Shown here piece by piece: positions 20,025 to 33,231 of a DNA stretch of 55,069 bases. Origin of the DNA: an uncultured virus (IMG/VR IMGVR_UViG_2049941000_000050) (taxonomy: Duplodnaviria; Heunggongvirae; Uroviricota; Caudoviricetes). The number at the start of each line of letters is the position of its first letter. Position 1 is the first letter of the stretch. The stretch lies in the IMG/VR virus record IMGVR_UViG_2049941000_000050. The stretch is one strand, 5' to 3'. A program made the translations under genes and the position numbers. The notes below the pieces were generated by a model that was not told the DNA's origin, made no database searches, and saw only the letters and a program-made list of their open reading frames with translations.

Positions 20025-23000
20025 TCAGGAATGTGCCAAAATGACCCTGCCGTTCTAGTCAATTGCCACCTTTTCGTTCTCGAAAGTTAGGTAACTGCTA
20101 AAATTGTTCACAATCGTCAGGCTTCCGGACTCGGCTCTGATGTCCAGCGGGATTCCCCCCTGCGCTGAAATATTTACGTTCCCGAGCCAGATTCCGTACC
20201 TAAAATTGGAATATTTCAGCATATTCTGGGCAAGCTCCGAAGTCTCGAAAATAAGACCGAACTCGGAAACTTCCGGGTTTACGACGGATATTTCTAAAAC
20301 CCCGTTTCGGATTTCCCGAATTTGGTACCCGAATCCGGAGCGTTTCACAAACCTGACCGCGTCGTACGGATACTGGACAGTAAAACTTGAGCCTTTCGAC
20401 AGCATTTTCTGCGTCCAGAGGGAGATTCCGACCTATATTTCCTTCTTTCTGTTGAAATCCTCGGCTGTCATCTCAACCTCGGTGTCCGAAACCCTCAGAA
20501 CTCCGCCGGTGCTGACCCCTGCGGTAAGAGCTGAGTCTTTCTCGGCGGTGAAGATTCTGCGAATCATAAACTTCGGCTTGTCGTCCGATAGGTTGGTTAT
20601 CTCGTAAGATAGGACTTTCACGTTTCTGTACCCGAACAGTTTCCCGCCGTTATAGAACCTCACCTGAATCACTATGTCCAAAACCCCGGTTTCCCCGCTT
20701 TCCAACCTTAGGTAGGTTCCGTCGACGACATCGGTGTAAACGCGCCCGTTCTTGATTTTTACAAACGGCGAATTAATGTAGTTTTCGTAATTGAAGAACA
20801 ATGTTATCCCGCCATCCGGATTCTTCTTGTAATTCGCCTGGATTTTTAAAAACTCTCCGATATCAGCCGAAGTGGACGCTATGTCAACGTCAACGGCAGA
20901 CTGGAACTCGGAACCGATGTCGTCGTCCTGACCGAAAACCGAAAGTACCGAAATGGTCTGGTTGCTCAATAGGTAATCATTGACCGTTACCGCGCTGAGA
21001 CCGCTTTCGTCGACGGAAATCCCGTCGCCGGAAATATCGGTTCCAAAAAACTTCACAAACCTGAGGATGTGCGGGTCGTCCGGGCTGTAAAGCTGTTGGT
21101 TTTGGACGCTTACCGCTCCCGAACCGTCGCTCAGCGTGATTTCGGTTGTCCCCAAGAAATCCTCGTACGCGAGCACCGTCAGCTCATTCGAAATAACGTT
21201 TTTTGCCACCGGGACGGAAACAGTACCCAGAGACGAGAGAACGTTTTCGGTCTCGTTGGTGTCGATAAAGAACACGTTCCGGTTGTCGAAGATGGTTTTT
21301 CCTTGGTCGAACATCTTGGAATCCCCGACGGTGAATTTAAGGTGGTCCGCGTAATACTGCGCGGCGGTTTTCGGGAACTTCCGGTTCAGGAACGGATAGA
21401 AATACTCCTCATCCGAGAACGGGAACATATCCTCCTCGTTGTATTTGAAGGCAACCTTGTTCTGGTTGAAGATGTAAACGTCCGATAGGAAAGAGTATTT
21501 CGAAAGGTCGATGTCCTTCAGGAACACCCTTCCGACACCGTCAATCTCAATCGCGCTCTTCATACGGTCCGCGTCCGAATCGGAAATCTGCGTCTTCCCG
21601 TACACTATCTTCCACCCGGTTCCGGTCAGCTCGCTCCCGTAAAGCTCCCTGTTGGTGTAAACCTGGTAGGCGTTAACCACGCCGTAAGCGTCCAAAAGGT
21701 GGTAATATTTGAACTGCTCGATGTTCTTGTCGTCGAAAACGACCACGCGGAGCGTCCCTTCCTCGATAAATGTCGGGATTTCGGGGTGCTCGAGGAACAT
21801 TTTAACATTCAGTTTACTCTCGCCGCTGAGACAGGACACCGTGACGCAACTTATGTTGTCCAGCCGATTGGAATCGGTGCGGTTATTCTGGTCCTGGAGC
21901 TGGGTTCCGGCAAGGGAGAATTTTCCGTGCGTTCCGGAAATCGTCACTTCGCTGTCGTTTTCCTCGCTGTCGTAGGAGACGCTGATTTCCCCCCTGCCCA
22001 TTATGTCGGAAAACTGGCACACGCAGTACGGGTTTTTGCCGACGGATTTCGCGTTGAAGAAAACTAGGCTCATTGAACTCAGTTTCTCGGGTTCCTGCGA
22101 GAATTCGATGTCCCAGTTGAAATAGGTTTTTCCGTTGTCGGATTTCGGTCTGTTATCCTGATTAACCGCGTTGTCTCCGAACGTGTCGTTATCCACTATG
22201 CTGAGCTGGTCGGAAAGATTCGACTCGTAATCCTCGTAAACCCGACCGAAAAGCCTGTTCTGGAGAATGTCGGAAAGGTCGATAAACGGGTCCGCGTTAG
22301 TGTTGACCGCGTCTATCCATTTCGAAATGTCCTTGGAAACGCCAAGAAGCTGGATATTCTCGTAATCCCCGGCGTTGTTTATCGAATAAGTGAAGTTTTT
22401 CCCGGGGAAAAGCGGCTGGTAAGACATGTCGGCGTTAGCGTTGTTAACCGAAAAGCCGCCAAATTTCAGAACCCCGCCGTCAAAAACCGCCACGGCGGTT
22501 CCCACCGCCTCGACGAACGTGGCATAGGAGTTCATNNNNNNNNNNNNNNNNNNNNNNNNNNNNNNNNNNNNNNNNNNNNNGGAGTTCATCTCCGGGGAAA
22601 CCGGGTCTTCTATCGGGCTTCCCTCCGCCATCTCCGTTGGAACGAAGCTTTCGTCCGAATACTCGGGGCGAACCTAAGCGGAATCCTTCTCGACCACAAA
22701 CGCGAACGTAAGCGTTTCTTTCCCCGACTCGTCGCCGCTCGAGAAAATGATGTCCTGACCGAAGGCGCGGTAACCGGCACTAATCGCGACTTCCGAAGAG
22801 CAATAAGTTCCGGAGTCCTCCATAATCTGGTTCGCCGATTTGTTGAACATCGCGATTTTCACCACCGGGGTTTCGTCGAGCGAAACGCTGACGCAGTCCT
22901 GATTTCCGCTCAGAAGCCCCATGTTCTTCCGTGCGTAAACCATTCTTATGTTCGCCGCGTCCGGGGAATACATCCCGATAAAAGCGTCGTAGCTTTCTTT

Positions 23001-26000
23001 CCCGGATTCTATGATTTCCGTCGCGTTCGGATATTTCTCGGGGCGGACTATATCGTCAAACTGACCGTTATTGTTGCTGAAGGTAAGAAGCCTGCGCTTT
23101 TTAGACAAAGCGTCGTATTCCAGCTTCACCTCTGACATCACGACGTCCGAATATTCGTAGGTGTCAAAAGCCGGGTCGGAAATCTCGGTTCTCTTCGAAA
23201 CTAAAGCCATTACGGTCTTATCCTCGGAGAACCCGAAATCGTAACAATACGCCGTGTCGGCAATCGCGCCGTTGCAGACCGACAGCAGGTAACTGTTCAA
23301 CCCGCTACCGTCTATAGCCTGGACGTCGGAGACGCTCCCGTTCAGAACGGCGGGGAACGCTATCGGGTTGTGCTTCAGCCTGACCCAGACCTACCCGAGA
23401 GTGTCCCGCTTTTCCTTGTAGCTCGGGTTTTCGACGGAATAACGCTTCAGAAGAGAATACATATTCCCGTACGAATCCTTTCCATAACGGTAGATGTCGT
23501 ACACTCCGGAAATGTCGGATTTGGTCTCGGTTATGTCCCTTATGCGCTCAAAAACCGTCTCGTTCGACAGCTGGCTGGCTATGAACGCCCTTTCGCTGTC
23601 GTCCGTTTCCTCAATCGGGAGGTGGCTGTAATACCTTTCAAAGAATGTTTCCGGAAGCCTTTGCTGGACAAACCTGACAAAAGCGGATTTTGGTTGAATG
23701 TCGGACAGTGGGTACTCCGAATCGAAGCCCGAAATTATTTCATCCGCGTCTAAACCGACGTAAACGCCGTCAAGGATTCCCTGGATGGAGGTAAGCTGTT
23801 CCCTCGAGGACAGAACCGGGTATCCGGAAAGCGATTCCGTTATGAAACGGGAGACGTCGGTTTTCCGCAAGCCGCTAAGAACGGATTTCGCCGCGACGTC
23901 CTTATTTTTGACATAGTCCTCGACCGCCGGGGGATAAAAGCTCCCGTCGTAGTCCACAACTTCCGAGTATGAGACGTTTTCGTCGATGTGCTTGCTTATC
24001 TCGTATCTTGTCGTGTACCCGGAAAAGTCTATCGTGTTGTTTTCCCAAATGTTTATAACCTCGCCGAATTTTCCGACAATCCCGTCGATGTAACCGGCTA
24101 TGTTTTTCGACTCGAGCCTGTCGTTCTGCAAACTGTCGAAAGAGCGGGAAAGGATTTCCTTTATTTTCGAAGCCTCGACAAATTTCCAGAGGAACGGGTG
24201 AATCTGGTATGACGGATGGGTAACGTTTTTATAGTTGTAGTAGGGGGTGTAGGCGTCCGGGATTCCGGAGTACGTCTTGAAAATCTCGTAATTGGCGTTA
24301 TACGCGTCAAAAGCGAAATAATTCAGGCTGTCTATTTTATCCTGGACCGCATCTTCGAAATTTACCGAAAGGTCGAGGCTTGAAGAAACCGAGTTTTTCA
24401 GTATGTCGGCATAATACCAGACATCGTTCATCTTCGCGTCTATGGTCTGCAACGCGGATTCTCGGTTATCCTCGACGTTTTTCAGAAGGGCGTTGAGAAG
24501 GTCGGAAAGCTCCTGTTCCGCATTGGTGCTCTGTGGATAGTACGACTCTATTTTTTCATGAAGCTCGTTTCCGACGTCGAAATAATCCTGCTGGAGCTGG
24601 TAGTAGTCGATAAACGCCGAGCTGATGGTTCCGAGTATCTCGGACTTTGCGCGGGAGTCCAGGTTCTCGTTGAAGTCCATCATGTAGTTGATATTGTCCT
24701 GTGTGAGCTCCTGGTTGTAACCCTGCTGTTGGTTGAGGGTGTCATATTCTCTGCGAAGGTCGGAAAAACCGCTTCTCAGCGCGATTATTGTGTTCCTGTA
24801 TTCGACCATCTCTTTTATAAGCGGGTCGTGCTCATAATCCACAACAAGTTCAGAACCGACGTATTCCATGAGGTCTTCGATTCTGACCCGTATGTCGTTA
24901 TCGTCGGATTTAAAGGGATAGCCGAGCTGATTCAGTTCGTTGCAGACGCGGTTGAACGAATCCATAAGCTCGTTGAGCTGTCCGCGAATCGATTGGCACG
25001 CCGCCAAAACGCCTGGGTTGCAGAACCCGTAATCCATGCTGGACTCATCCAACTCGCACTCGCCGGTTTCGTCGTCGAAATACGCTATGGCTGAGGTTGG
25101 CTGGGACATCCATACCTCAACCTTGCTTATCTTATTCTAAAGCGGCGTGTTGTCGTCGAACTTACAGTCCTCGATTCCACCTTCGAAAGTGAATCGGTCG
25201 TATTTTGCCTTTTTGTTATCGTGTTTCTGGTAGAAAAAACCGTCCTTTACTTTAGCGTCGTCCTTCGTCGGCATCAAAAGACCATAAACGATGGAGTCCG
25301 TGACAACCTTACTGCTGTTCCGAAGTTTGGTCTCGCTCTTCTTGTTGGCGAAGAAATATTTCTCGCGGTCGCAACCGTCTTCTCCCCTGTTCTGGCACTT
25401 CGCGAAGAGGTTGTTTGTCGACTCGCCTATCGGGACGGACTGCTGGTTGTAGTTCGCCATCGCGTTGTTGAACGACATGTTCAACTGGTCGTAAGTTTCG
25501 CGGAGTGCGTTCGCCTGGGTTCTGATTTCCTGGATTTGCGAGCTTATGGTCTACTTTCTCTGCTCAATCTCAAGGTCGATGAATTGAGTCATGGAATCCA
25601 TTTCGGTTTCCATATACGGGGACTTAACATCAATGTAACCGTATTCCGAAATATTGTTCCCAACTTTGGAGACGAGATTGTCCGAAAGCGTCTGGAACTC
25701 CCCGTTGACGTAATACAGTGTGTCCATGACCTCGTGGTTAACGATGTTGCCGTCCCCCTCGGAATATGAGCGAATCTCGGTCAGTTTGTCGATGAGATAA
25801 TACGCCCCGTATTTTTCCGGGTTACCGACGTAAAAGTCGTGTCTATACTCGTTCCCGTAAACGTTATCCTCATACGAATACTTGCAGTCGGTAGAGACGA
25901 AATACTTTCCGTACTGTCCGCTCAGCAAATCATCGTAAACCGAGCTGATTGACTCAAGCTGTGAGGAAAGTTCGTCGTACTTCGGCTTAAACTCGTCATA

Positions 26001-27803
26001 GGTGTCGGAAATCGCGGAAAGATACTCGGATGAAAGTTTTCCGCGGATGTAAACGTTCACCGCGTCGGAAATCTGCTCACCGACCGAACCTTCCGGGTAC
26101 TCGTAATCCCCGGCGGAAAGGAACTCGCGGAATTTTTCGAACGTGTCAGAAAGCGAGGTTAGCTCCTGGTACATGTCGCTGGCGTAAAAGTCCGCCGAAA
26201 TCCTATACGAAAAATTGCCGTTCTTGTCGATAAAGGAATCGTTCGAGCCGGTGGAATAAATCGTGTCGAGGAACTTTATGAAATCATCCGTGGTGTTTCC
26301 GATTTTGGACGCCATGTTGAGCGAGCTCAGATAAAAACGCTCGATTTCCTGGAGCGAGAACTCCATCCCCTTCTGGAGAACGGACTTGTCGTAAACCCCA
26401 TCAGCGGTCTCCTTGAAATACTCATCCTTGAAATGCGGGTTGGTCTGGTCGTTTATGGAGTCCGTGGATGAATCGGTCTGAAGATTGAAGTATTCGGTCG
26501 TGTCGTAATACTCGATTACCTTCACGTCATCGATGTTGCTCGACGAGAGCCTGGAAAAAACGGAGAGAACCGCGTCGTTGGAAAGCCTGTCCTGGATTGT
26601 CGGGCTCAGTCGTGAATAATCGACCAGAAACTCGTTTATGACGTACGTGAGAAGGTTCATCGTCCCCTTCATGTAGTTTTTACGCATCTGGAGCTTGATT
26701 TTATTTCTGAGCTTCTGTAGGTAGACTGTGGTTTCAGCTAGGTATTCCGAAACCTTCTCGACCATCGTTGCGTTTACGGATGGGGTTTCCCGGGAATAGT
26801 CGAAAACGCGGCTCCCACCGGAGGAAATCTGCCCGTAGTTCGGGTCGAGAGCGTAAACCCCGTTGAAATTCGCGTCCTGCTGTGCGTAAACGTTGTCCAC
26901 GAAAGACGCGTATTCGAGGACCTTGGCTTTCCTGTAGTATGAATACCTGGTTTTATTGTAACAGGAAAGCGTATCCGTCTTAAGCGGCGTGTCCCCGACA
27001 TCGGAGGATTTTAAAACGTCGGAGCGTTTTGCGAAAACCATCTCAAGGAGAGCCAGTTCCGCGCCGGAATAATTCTCGAGCGAGTCCAGACCCTGCTCGA
27101 TTCTGTCGCATATCCCGTTTTCGTCGAAATTGACGTCTATCCCGTTCTGAAGCTTGAATTTTCTCTCATCCGAACCGAAAATCTGGTCGAAATACACCTA
27201 GTCCAGCTCGTACTCGTTTTTCAGATAGTGGAAAATCGGGTCGATTTCCTTCTGCTCAGTGTTGTACCTCAGGTTCAAAAACGAGGATACGAGTTCCGAA
27301 AAGACCCCGGCGACGTAGTTTTTGTAAAGGTTATCGTCGATTGTGGAATACCCGGGAGAAACGCAGTTCGATGAAATCTATTGGACAAGGTCATCCTTTA
27401 TCTTCTTGTTGTCCAAAAGAAATTTCTTGTTGATGGAGAACACATCCATCAGCGCAAGAATCTCTATCGGGTACTTATCGATATGCTTGACGCCTTTGTA
27501 GTTGACGCCGAAATTGTTCAGCATCGAATTCAGCGCGACCACCTTACACGTGTCGACGTTGGAGACCAAATCGATGTAGTTCCTCACGTTCGAGTACGTG
27601 ATTTCCCCCATTTTGTTGCCGATGGCGGAAATCGCGTTCCAAACGTAGGTGTCCCTATCCTCGGACTACCCCTGAACGGCCCTTTGGAAACCCTCACCGA
27701 ACTCGCGGTTGTTTATGAAACTGCCCAGCGTTTTCGTAAAGTCGAAACCGCCGTCGCACATTCCGACCACGCTACCTATGCTCTCGATTGTACTTAAACT
27801 CAT
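20025..27803 (-). CDS. Giant baseplate protein (~2,590 aa, nine TAGs; gp7-like position)
   Basis: One frame runs from ATG 27803 through TAGs at 27666, 27378, 27198, 25551, 25137, 23391, 22674, 20433 and 20055 to TGA 20025, and includes a 45-N gap (22536-22580). Follows gp6; contains ...MRKNYMKGT..., reminiscent of the wedge KGT motif. Confidence 0.72.
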
Positions 27804-27807
27804 GACA

Positions 27808-29748
27808 TTAGAACTTTATGGTGTTTACGTTGGCAAGCTGTTTCTTGATTACCCGTATTCTGCGGTCTATGGTATCGGACTGGTTCAGTACTGGGAACTG
27901 GAACTATTCAAGCTGTCTGGAAATGTTCCCGACGTCCATGTCCAGCGGGTAATACCCGTCGGTGAGAATGAACCGGTCGGACCAGGATGCCATCGATATG
28001 CCGTTTATGATTCTGGCGTTATTCGGGTCGAGCGTGTCGTCGATGTAAACCGTCCTGACGCTCTGGACGCCGTTCAACGCGTAAATCTGGTTGAGAATGT
28101 CGTTGAAATCGACAAACTGCCCGAGCTTGCACCTGCTCTTATCGAAATAGGTCTTGAATATATTGGCGATTACCTTCTACAGGTTCGGGTTGACGTAGGT
28201 TATCTCGTCGTCCATTGTGACCTCGATGTAAGAGCCTGGGGAATACTCGCCGTCGTCCCCGAACACGTACGGCTGGTTGACGGAGAAATCGGCTACCGCG
28301 TTCTTTGGCGCGGCGCAAACATCGAAATAAACGTTGACCGGCGTGAGAACCTCGACCTCGGTGGTGAGGGTTTTGAGTTGTTCGCACTGCTTTTTTATGT
28401 TTTCTTGGACCGCGCTTGAATCGCTCTCGCTCTTTACCCACAGATAAACGTTGTTCGCGTCTGCGGCATCGACGTATTTGCAGTTGTACCTGGTTATGAG
28501 GTCGTTCTGGATAAAATGCTTCCCGTCGCCGTAGCCGCTGACCCCGTACTGGTAAAGCCAGCGGTAGAACGTCGCCAAATACTCCCAGTTGTTGACGCAT
28601 TTGACGTCGATTACCCCGGTCTGCCGGTTCCTGACCCAGAACTCGTAGTCGCTTCGGGTTATGAGCCTGTTTCCGGTCTTAAACCAGTCTGGCGCGTTTT
28701 CCCTAATGTCCTCCACCGATTCCTCGGGTCTGGATTTGGAAACGTCCTGTCCGAAAGTCATCTGGTAATCGGTCTCCAGAATCTTTTCCGGGTCGTCCGA
28801 ATACCTTTCGGAAGCCGCGAGACCGCTAAGCTCCTCGGGGAAACCGTTCTCGCTCTCGTCGCTTTTCCCGAAAATCGAGAATTTCGCGTTTTCCTGTATA
28901 TCCTGGACGCTGATATTCCCCTCTTCGCCGTTCGTGTCCAGGTACGCGACAAAAACCGTGTCCCCCTCGTCGAGCTTTTTCCCGACGATTCCGTCCCCAA
29001 ACTTTATCTCGTATTCCTTATTCTGGTTCAGGCGGACGCTGTAAACCTTTTTCTGGTTGTTGTAGACTCGGAAAAGATTGGCGTCGTCGATGTTGTTCGA
29101 CATCCCGGCGAAAATCTCGTTGGTGTCCGGTATCCAATCCTGCTCCACGTACCGCTTGTCGGGCTTGAGAACGAAAACCTTGATAAACTCCTCGGCGACG
29201 TATTTCCCGCTATCGGAATCCGAGCCGATTCCCTCTAGAACGAACTCCTCGTTCTCCGCTCCCGAAGACGTGAACTGCCTGTCGTAAAATTTCCACTTTC
29301 CGTTGTAAAGCCTGACGTGGTGGGAACCCTCGCTGTTTATCTTTTCGTCCTCAGGACCCAACGAAAAAAAGATTTTGTCCCCGTTCTGTGTCTCCATCCC
29401 GGTATCAACATACGAAAACATCGGAATGATTTTCCCGTCTATGTACCCATAAACGTAGGAATCGATTTCCGAGGGTCTGCACCCGTGGGGATGGTAGCCG
29501 ATGAGGTTAACCAGACGGTTTATGTTCTCGTAAACCTGCGTGTCGGAAAACATCGACTCGGAGGCGGAATTGTTGAGCTGGTAAACCAGCACCTGGTACA
29601 TGTACGAGACCAAATCTATCAGAATGGCGAGGTTGCTTCCCTCGTAAATCTGGTCAGTGAACTTGGAATCCTCACTCATTTTCCGAGTGATGAGTTCCTT
29701 TATGCTGTACGCGTTGAACTTGAGAAAATCTGTTTTATTGGTCGCCAT
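27808..29748 (-). CDS. gp6: Baseplate wedge protein, gp6-like (646 aa, two TAGs)
   Basis: FTDQIYEGSNLAILIDLVSY, ESMFSDTQ, YEIKFGDGIVGKKL, ESVEDIRENAP...NRLITRSDYE. Read-through of TAGs at 28177 and 27904 restores a length close to T4 gp6; TAA stop lies 4 nt before the next ATG. Confidence 0.9.
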
Positions 29749-29772
29749 ACAAAATACCCTAGGACTTTAGGA

Positions 29773-29779
29773 TATTTAC
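29773..29779 (-). promoter_or_regulatory. Putative late promoter GTAAATA (gp6)
   Basis: Intergenic, 24 nt upstream of the gp6 ATG. Confidence 0.65.
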
Positions 29780-29807
29780 GGTCGGCGGACCGGCGGGAAC
29801 GGGATTT

Positions 29808-30284
29808 TTAGTTGACGCGGTCGTAGATGTAAGAATAGTTGTACTGTTCCTCGGAAAGCCCGGGAATCGTGAACTTTATGTCGAGTTGGACGGTGTTGTT
29901 CTCGGTGTCGTTCGGGTCGGAAACGTTGACCACGCTGATAATGTTGACCCTCGGCTCCCACCTAACGCACAAACCGCGAATTTCCGCCATTATCAGCTCC
30001 ACGTTCTGGTCGGTTATGCCTTCGTAAAGGTAGTACTGGAGCTTGGAGCCGAACTCCGGGTTCAAAATCCTCTCCCCCAGAATCCAACTGAAAATATTGT
30101 GGAGGGAATCCATAACCGCCTTGACGTTAACGTTTTTCGAGACGAAATACCTCACCCCGGGCTGTCTTTCCGAGCCGACAACGCGCTCCGAAACCATGGA
30201 AAGGTCTCTGTAAACCTCGAAATTATCGGTTTTTTGCGTGTTTTCCGACCCGGAATCGTCCAAAGATATCAGCATGTTAGCCAT
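29808..30284 (-). CDS. gp25: Baseplate wedge subunit, gp25-like (158 aa)
   Basis: AVMDSLHNIFSWILGERILNPEFGSKLQYYLYE...WEPRVNIISV is the GPW_gp25 signature. Confidence 0.92.
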   Translation of the reverse strand: MANMLISLDDSGSENTQKTDNFEVYRDLSMVSERVVGSERQPGVRYFVSKNVNVKAVMDSLHNIFSWILGERILNPEFGSKLQYYLYEGITDQNVELIMAEIRGLCVRWEPRVNIISVVNVSDPNDTENNTVQLDIKFTIPGLSEEQYNYSYIYDRVN

Positions 30285-30289
30285 TTCAG

Positions 30290-32266
30290 TTACTTACCCC
30301 CGGTCTGATATTCTTTCAGGTTTTTCTCATAGTTCTCTTTGGCGGATTTCAGGCTTTCCCTCCTGAACGCCGAGGGGATAAGCCTATCCTTTATGACCAG
30401 CTCGTCGGCAACGCCTATAGCGGAAAGCTGGTCCCGGTACATCGTGTACCATTCCCCCAGAACCTGCGAGGTTTTGTACAGTCGGAAATAATCCAGACCC
30501 GAGCTGATTTCGGACCCGGAAATAAGACCGTCGAAGTATTCACTGTATTTTTCCGGAGAGGGGGATTCCCGTTTCAGTGATTCCCATTTCAAACCGTACT
30601 GGACGTTTTCTGTCGGGGCGTTTTCTATCTCATTTTTACCGATGACGGTTTTTTTGCCCAGACTGCTGTTCTGCAAGGCCACTCCCGCGCCCACGTCGGC
30701 AAGACCGGCACCCGTTTGGTACACCGAGTTTACGGCGTCCGAGCCTATGTTAAGCGTCGATTTCCACTGTAGGTTCGGTATGTCGGATTTTTGCCCGTTG
30801 TTTTCGTAAGAAATGACCGAAATCACGGAACCGGTTTCGTTGTTGTTAATCGCACGATAGTTTTCCTAGACCCGTTTCAACTGCAACTCGGTGTATCCGT
30901 AGACCGAAAGCTGTGCGTACTTTTCCCTGGTAACGTCGGAATAGTCCAACGGAACGTTGGTGGTTTTTTTGGGTTCCGTCGGGTCGTCGTCAATCTGGGT
31001 CATCGTGTCTAGGAGAGAGGTTGGGTTTGTCGGAATCCCGAGCATCATAGCCTGCCACAGTTTGTCCTTTACGATTCCGACTATGAGTTTGGAAAACAGT
31101 GTAGGAAAGGTTTTTATGACCTGCGTCATTGCTGGGACGGTCGTCAGTGCGGAACTTATCAGGTTCAGCGGGAACATTCCGCCCAACGGGATGACCGAGG
31201 TGATGATTCTCAGCTTGGAATAGATAACGTTCAGCATCGAAAAAATGACGTTAATCATTATCATCGGCAACGTCATGGCGAAGAGCATCGCGTTGTCTTT
31301 CATCTCAACGATGGACTGCATCATCTGTGGGGGAATTTCCGGCTTGGGGTATTCCTTTTTTAACGCCTCCAGATTCTTGTCGTAAACGTTGTCCTTTTTC
31401 CCGCCGAGGGAAAGAAGCGCGATTATCTGGAGAAAATCTTCCAGAACGGGTATTTTCCCGACAACCGACTGGAGGGGGACGGCAGAGGAAATCAGCGGGT
31501 TTAAAACCGCGTTCAGCTGAGCGACTATGACGTCGGGGTCAAACTCGGGAAGTCTCGGGTTTAACGCCGGTATCACCGTGTTTCCCATTAGAAAATTCAA
31601 CGTGTCGTTAGCTTTGTTGACTGTTTCGTCTATCCGTATGGGAACATTCGCCAGTTCCTGGTTTATCGTGTCCTGGAGGTAGCGTGCGTTGTCGTTTTTG
31701 GAGAATAGATTCTGGAGATTTTTCAGCTCAGACCTGAAAAGCTCGACCCGCCTTATGAACATTTCCTCCGCGTCATTCAGAATGTGGTTGACTTCGTTGT
31801 CTACGCTCAGCTTTTTCCCGAATGAGGGGTTGGTTTTAACGGCGTCGGAAACATACTTTTCCACCCCGGGGCGCACCTTGTTGTTCACCTCGAGGGAAAT
31901 CTTGTCGTCCCGGTGCCCGTAAATCAACTTTTTCTGCTGGGTAAGTGCTGACTGATAATCATGACCAGACTAAAGAAGTACCTTTTTTGCCTTGTTATAC
32001 TGTAGAAACGCGTCCAGCTTCATCCCCGCGATAGTCTGTATCTCGGTTGAGCAAAAACCCTCGTAATCCTGTTTTATGACCCCCCACTCTGCGGCGGATT
32101 TTTTATCCTTGGCTTTTTTCTGGGATGACCTTTTTTCGTCCTTCGCCTTCTGGACGGAAGCCTCGTAAAGTATTTTCGCTCGGACTTTCTGTTCGGTGCT
32201 TTCCCCGAACGGATTTTTTATGTTTTCCGAAACCTGTTCCCACGCGCCGTTCAATTTGTCTGCCAT
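30290..32266 (-). CDS. Hypothetical baseplate-region protein (658 aa, two TAGs)
   Basis: Three track ORFs are in frame across TAGs at 31970 and 30866; TAA stop lies 5 nt before the gp25 start. The central part is hydrophobic and Pro-containing. Confidence 0.72.
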
Positions 32267-32273
32267 AGCTTCC

Positions 32274-33053
32274 TCACATAACCGTCACCGGGTCAAAATG
32301 GCTTCCGAACGCGATGAACATTCCGCGTTTCGCGTCCATGTTGATTGCCGGGGAGTCGACGTGGAACGTGTTGTCCGCCTTTACGCGGCATTCCTGTGTC
32401 GCCACCCCGATTTTGTCGTCGGAAACCACGTTTACCACCCTGGTTTTAACCTCAAAAAGCTCCCCGCCGTTGAAAGAGATTATCGGGGACTCGAACGTTA
32501 TCCTGTCTGTGGAAACGAAGCTTATCGAACCGTCGGAGTTTATCCTCACCTCCGACTTCGATTTCTCAATGCTCTCGTCGTTCGTGTCTCCCTCGAACGA
32601 TTTAATCGAGACGGTCCCGCCCTCGTAGACGGTTATCCTGTTTTTTCCTGCGGAGATTATGTGAACCTGGGCGTCCGTCCCGGTTCTAGTGGTGTCTTTC
32701 TTGGGATTGTCGTTTTGGGAAACGTCCGGTCTCGCCTCTTTGGACCTGTCGTCCGGGTTTTCCCCTCCAAGCGTGGACGCGAAATACACGGGTCTGGTCT
32801 GGTCGCCGTTCTCGAAAAAGCACCAGACGGTCGCCCCGATGTTCGGGTAAGAAAACATCCCGTTGCCCTTGTTCGCGCCGCAGAAAACCGGCGAAGCCTG
32901 CTCCGCCGACGGGAGTTTTTCCGGATGGTCCTTAAATCCGTCGGGATAAATCGACGGGATGAAAATCTTGCACCTGAGGTTGTCCTCGTGCCTTACCACG
33001 GTTCCGCGAAAAAAACCGTAGAGCTTTATACCCTGCTCGCTCTTTACCTGCAT
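32274..33053 (-). CDS. gp5: Baseplate central spike, gp5-like (N-terminal OB fold plus short beta-helix, no lysozyme domain; ~259 aa)
   Basis: YGFFRGTVVRHEDNLRCKIFIP...LPSAEQASP...GMFSYPNIGATVWCFFENGDQTRPVYF is the gp5/VgrG OB-fold signature; the C-terminus has beta-strand repeats. Confidence 0.85.
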   Translation of the reverse strand: MQVKSEQGIKLYGFFRGTVVRHEDNLRCKIFIPSIYPDGFKDHPEKLPSAEQASPVFCGANKGNGMFSYPNIGATVWCFFENGDQTRPVYFASTLGGENPDDRSKEARPDVSQNDNPKKDTTRTGTDAQVHIISAGKNRITVYEGGTVSIKSFEGDTNDESIEKSKSEVRINSDGSISFVSTDRITFESPIISFNGGELFEVKTRVVNVVSDDKIGVATQECRVKADNTFHVDSPAINMDAKRGMFIAFGSHFDPVTVM

Positions 33054-33092
33054 ACAAAACACCCAATACAAAAAAACCGTTTCCGAAAAATC

Positions 33093-33230
33093 TCAGTCTT
33101 CCTGAAGCTCTTTCAGTATTCTTTCCTTGGCCTTTTCCTTCAAAACGTTCTTCAGGTTTTCCTCGGCCTTTTTGTCTTTGCCGGAAAGAATGTTTCTAAG
33201 CAATCGTTTTATCTCTTTTTTTCTAGACAT
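33093..33230 (-). CDS. Small basic helical protein (45 aa), possibly gp67-like prohead core protein
   Basis: MSRKKEIKRLLRNILSGKDKKAEENLKNVLKEKAKERILKELQED*. Starts 1 nt after the previous TAA and fills the gap before gp5; absent from the ORF track. The gp67 resemblance is by eye only. Confidence 0.55.
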   Translation of the reverse strand: MSRKKEIKRLLRNILSGKDKKAEENLKNVLKEKAKERILKELQED

Positions 33231-33231
33231 A

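Noticed and set aside
20171..20177. Extra GTAAATA inside the giant baseplate gene
   Set aside because: Intragenic and ~170 nt from the next start codon; could be chance, so it was not called as a promoter.
22527..22589. Direct repeat ggagttcat on both sides of a 45-N gap
   Set aside because: Most likely an overlap artefact at a scaffold join, not a target-site duplication.
29779..29792. Small hairpin cggtc-ggcg-gaccg next to the gp6 promoter motif
   Set aside because: Only a 5-bp stem with no U-tract on the coding strand; too weak to call.
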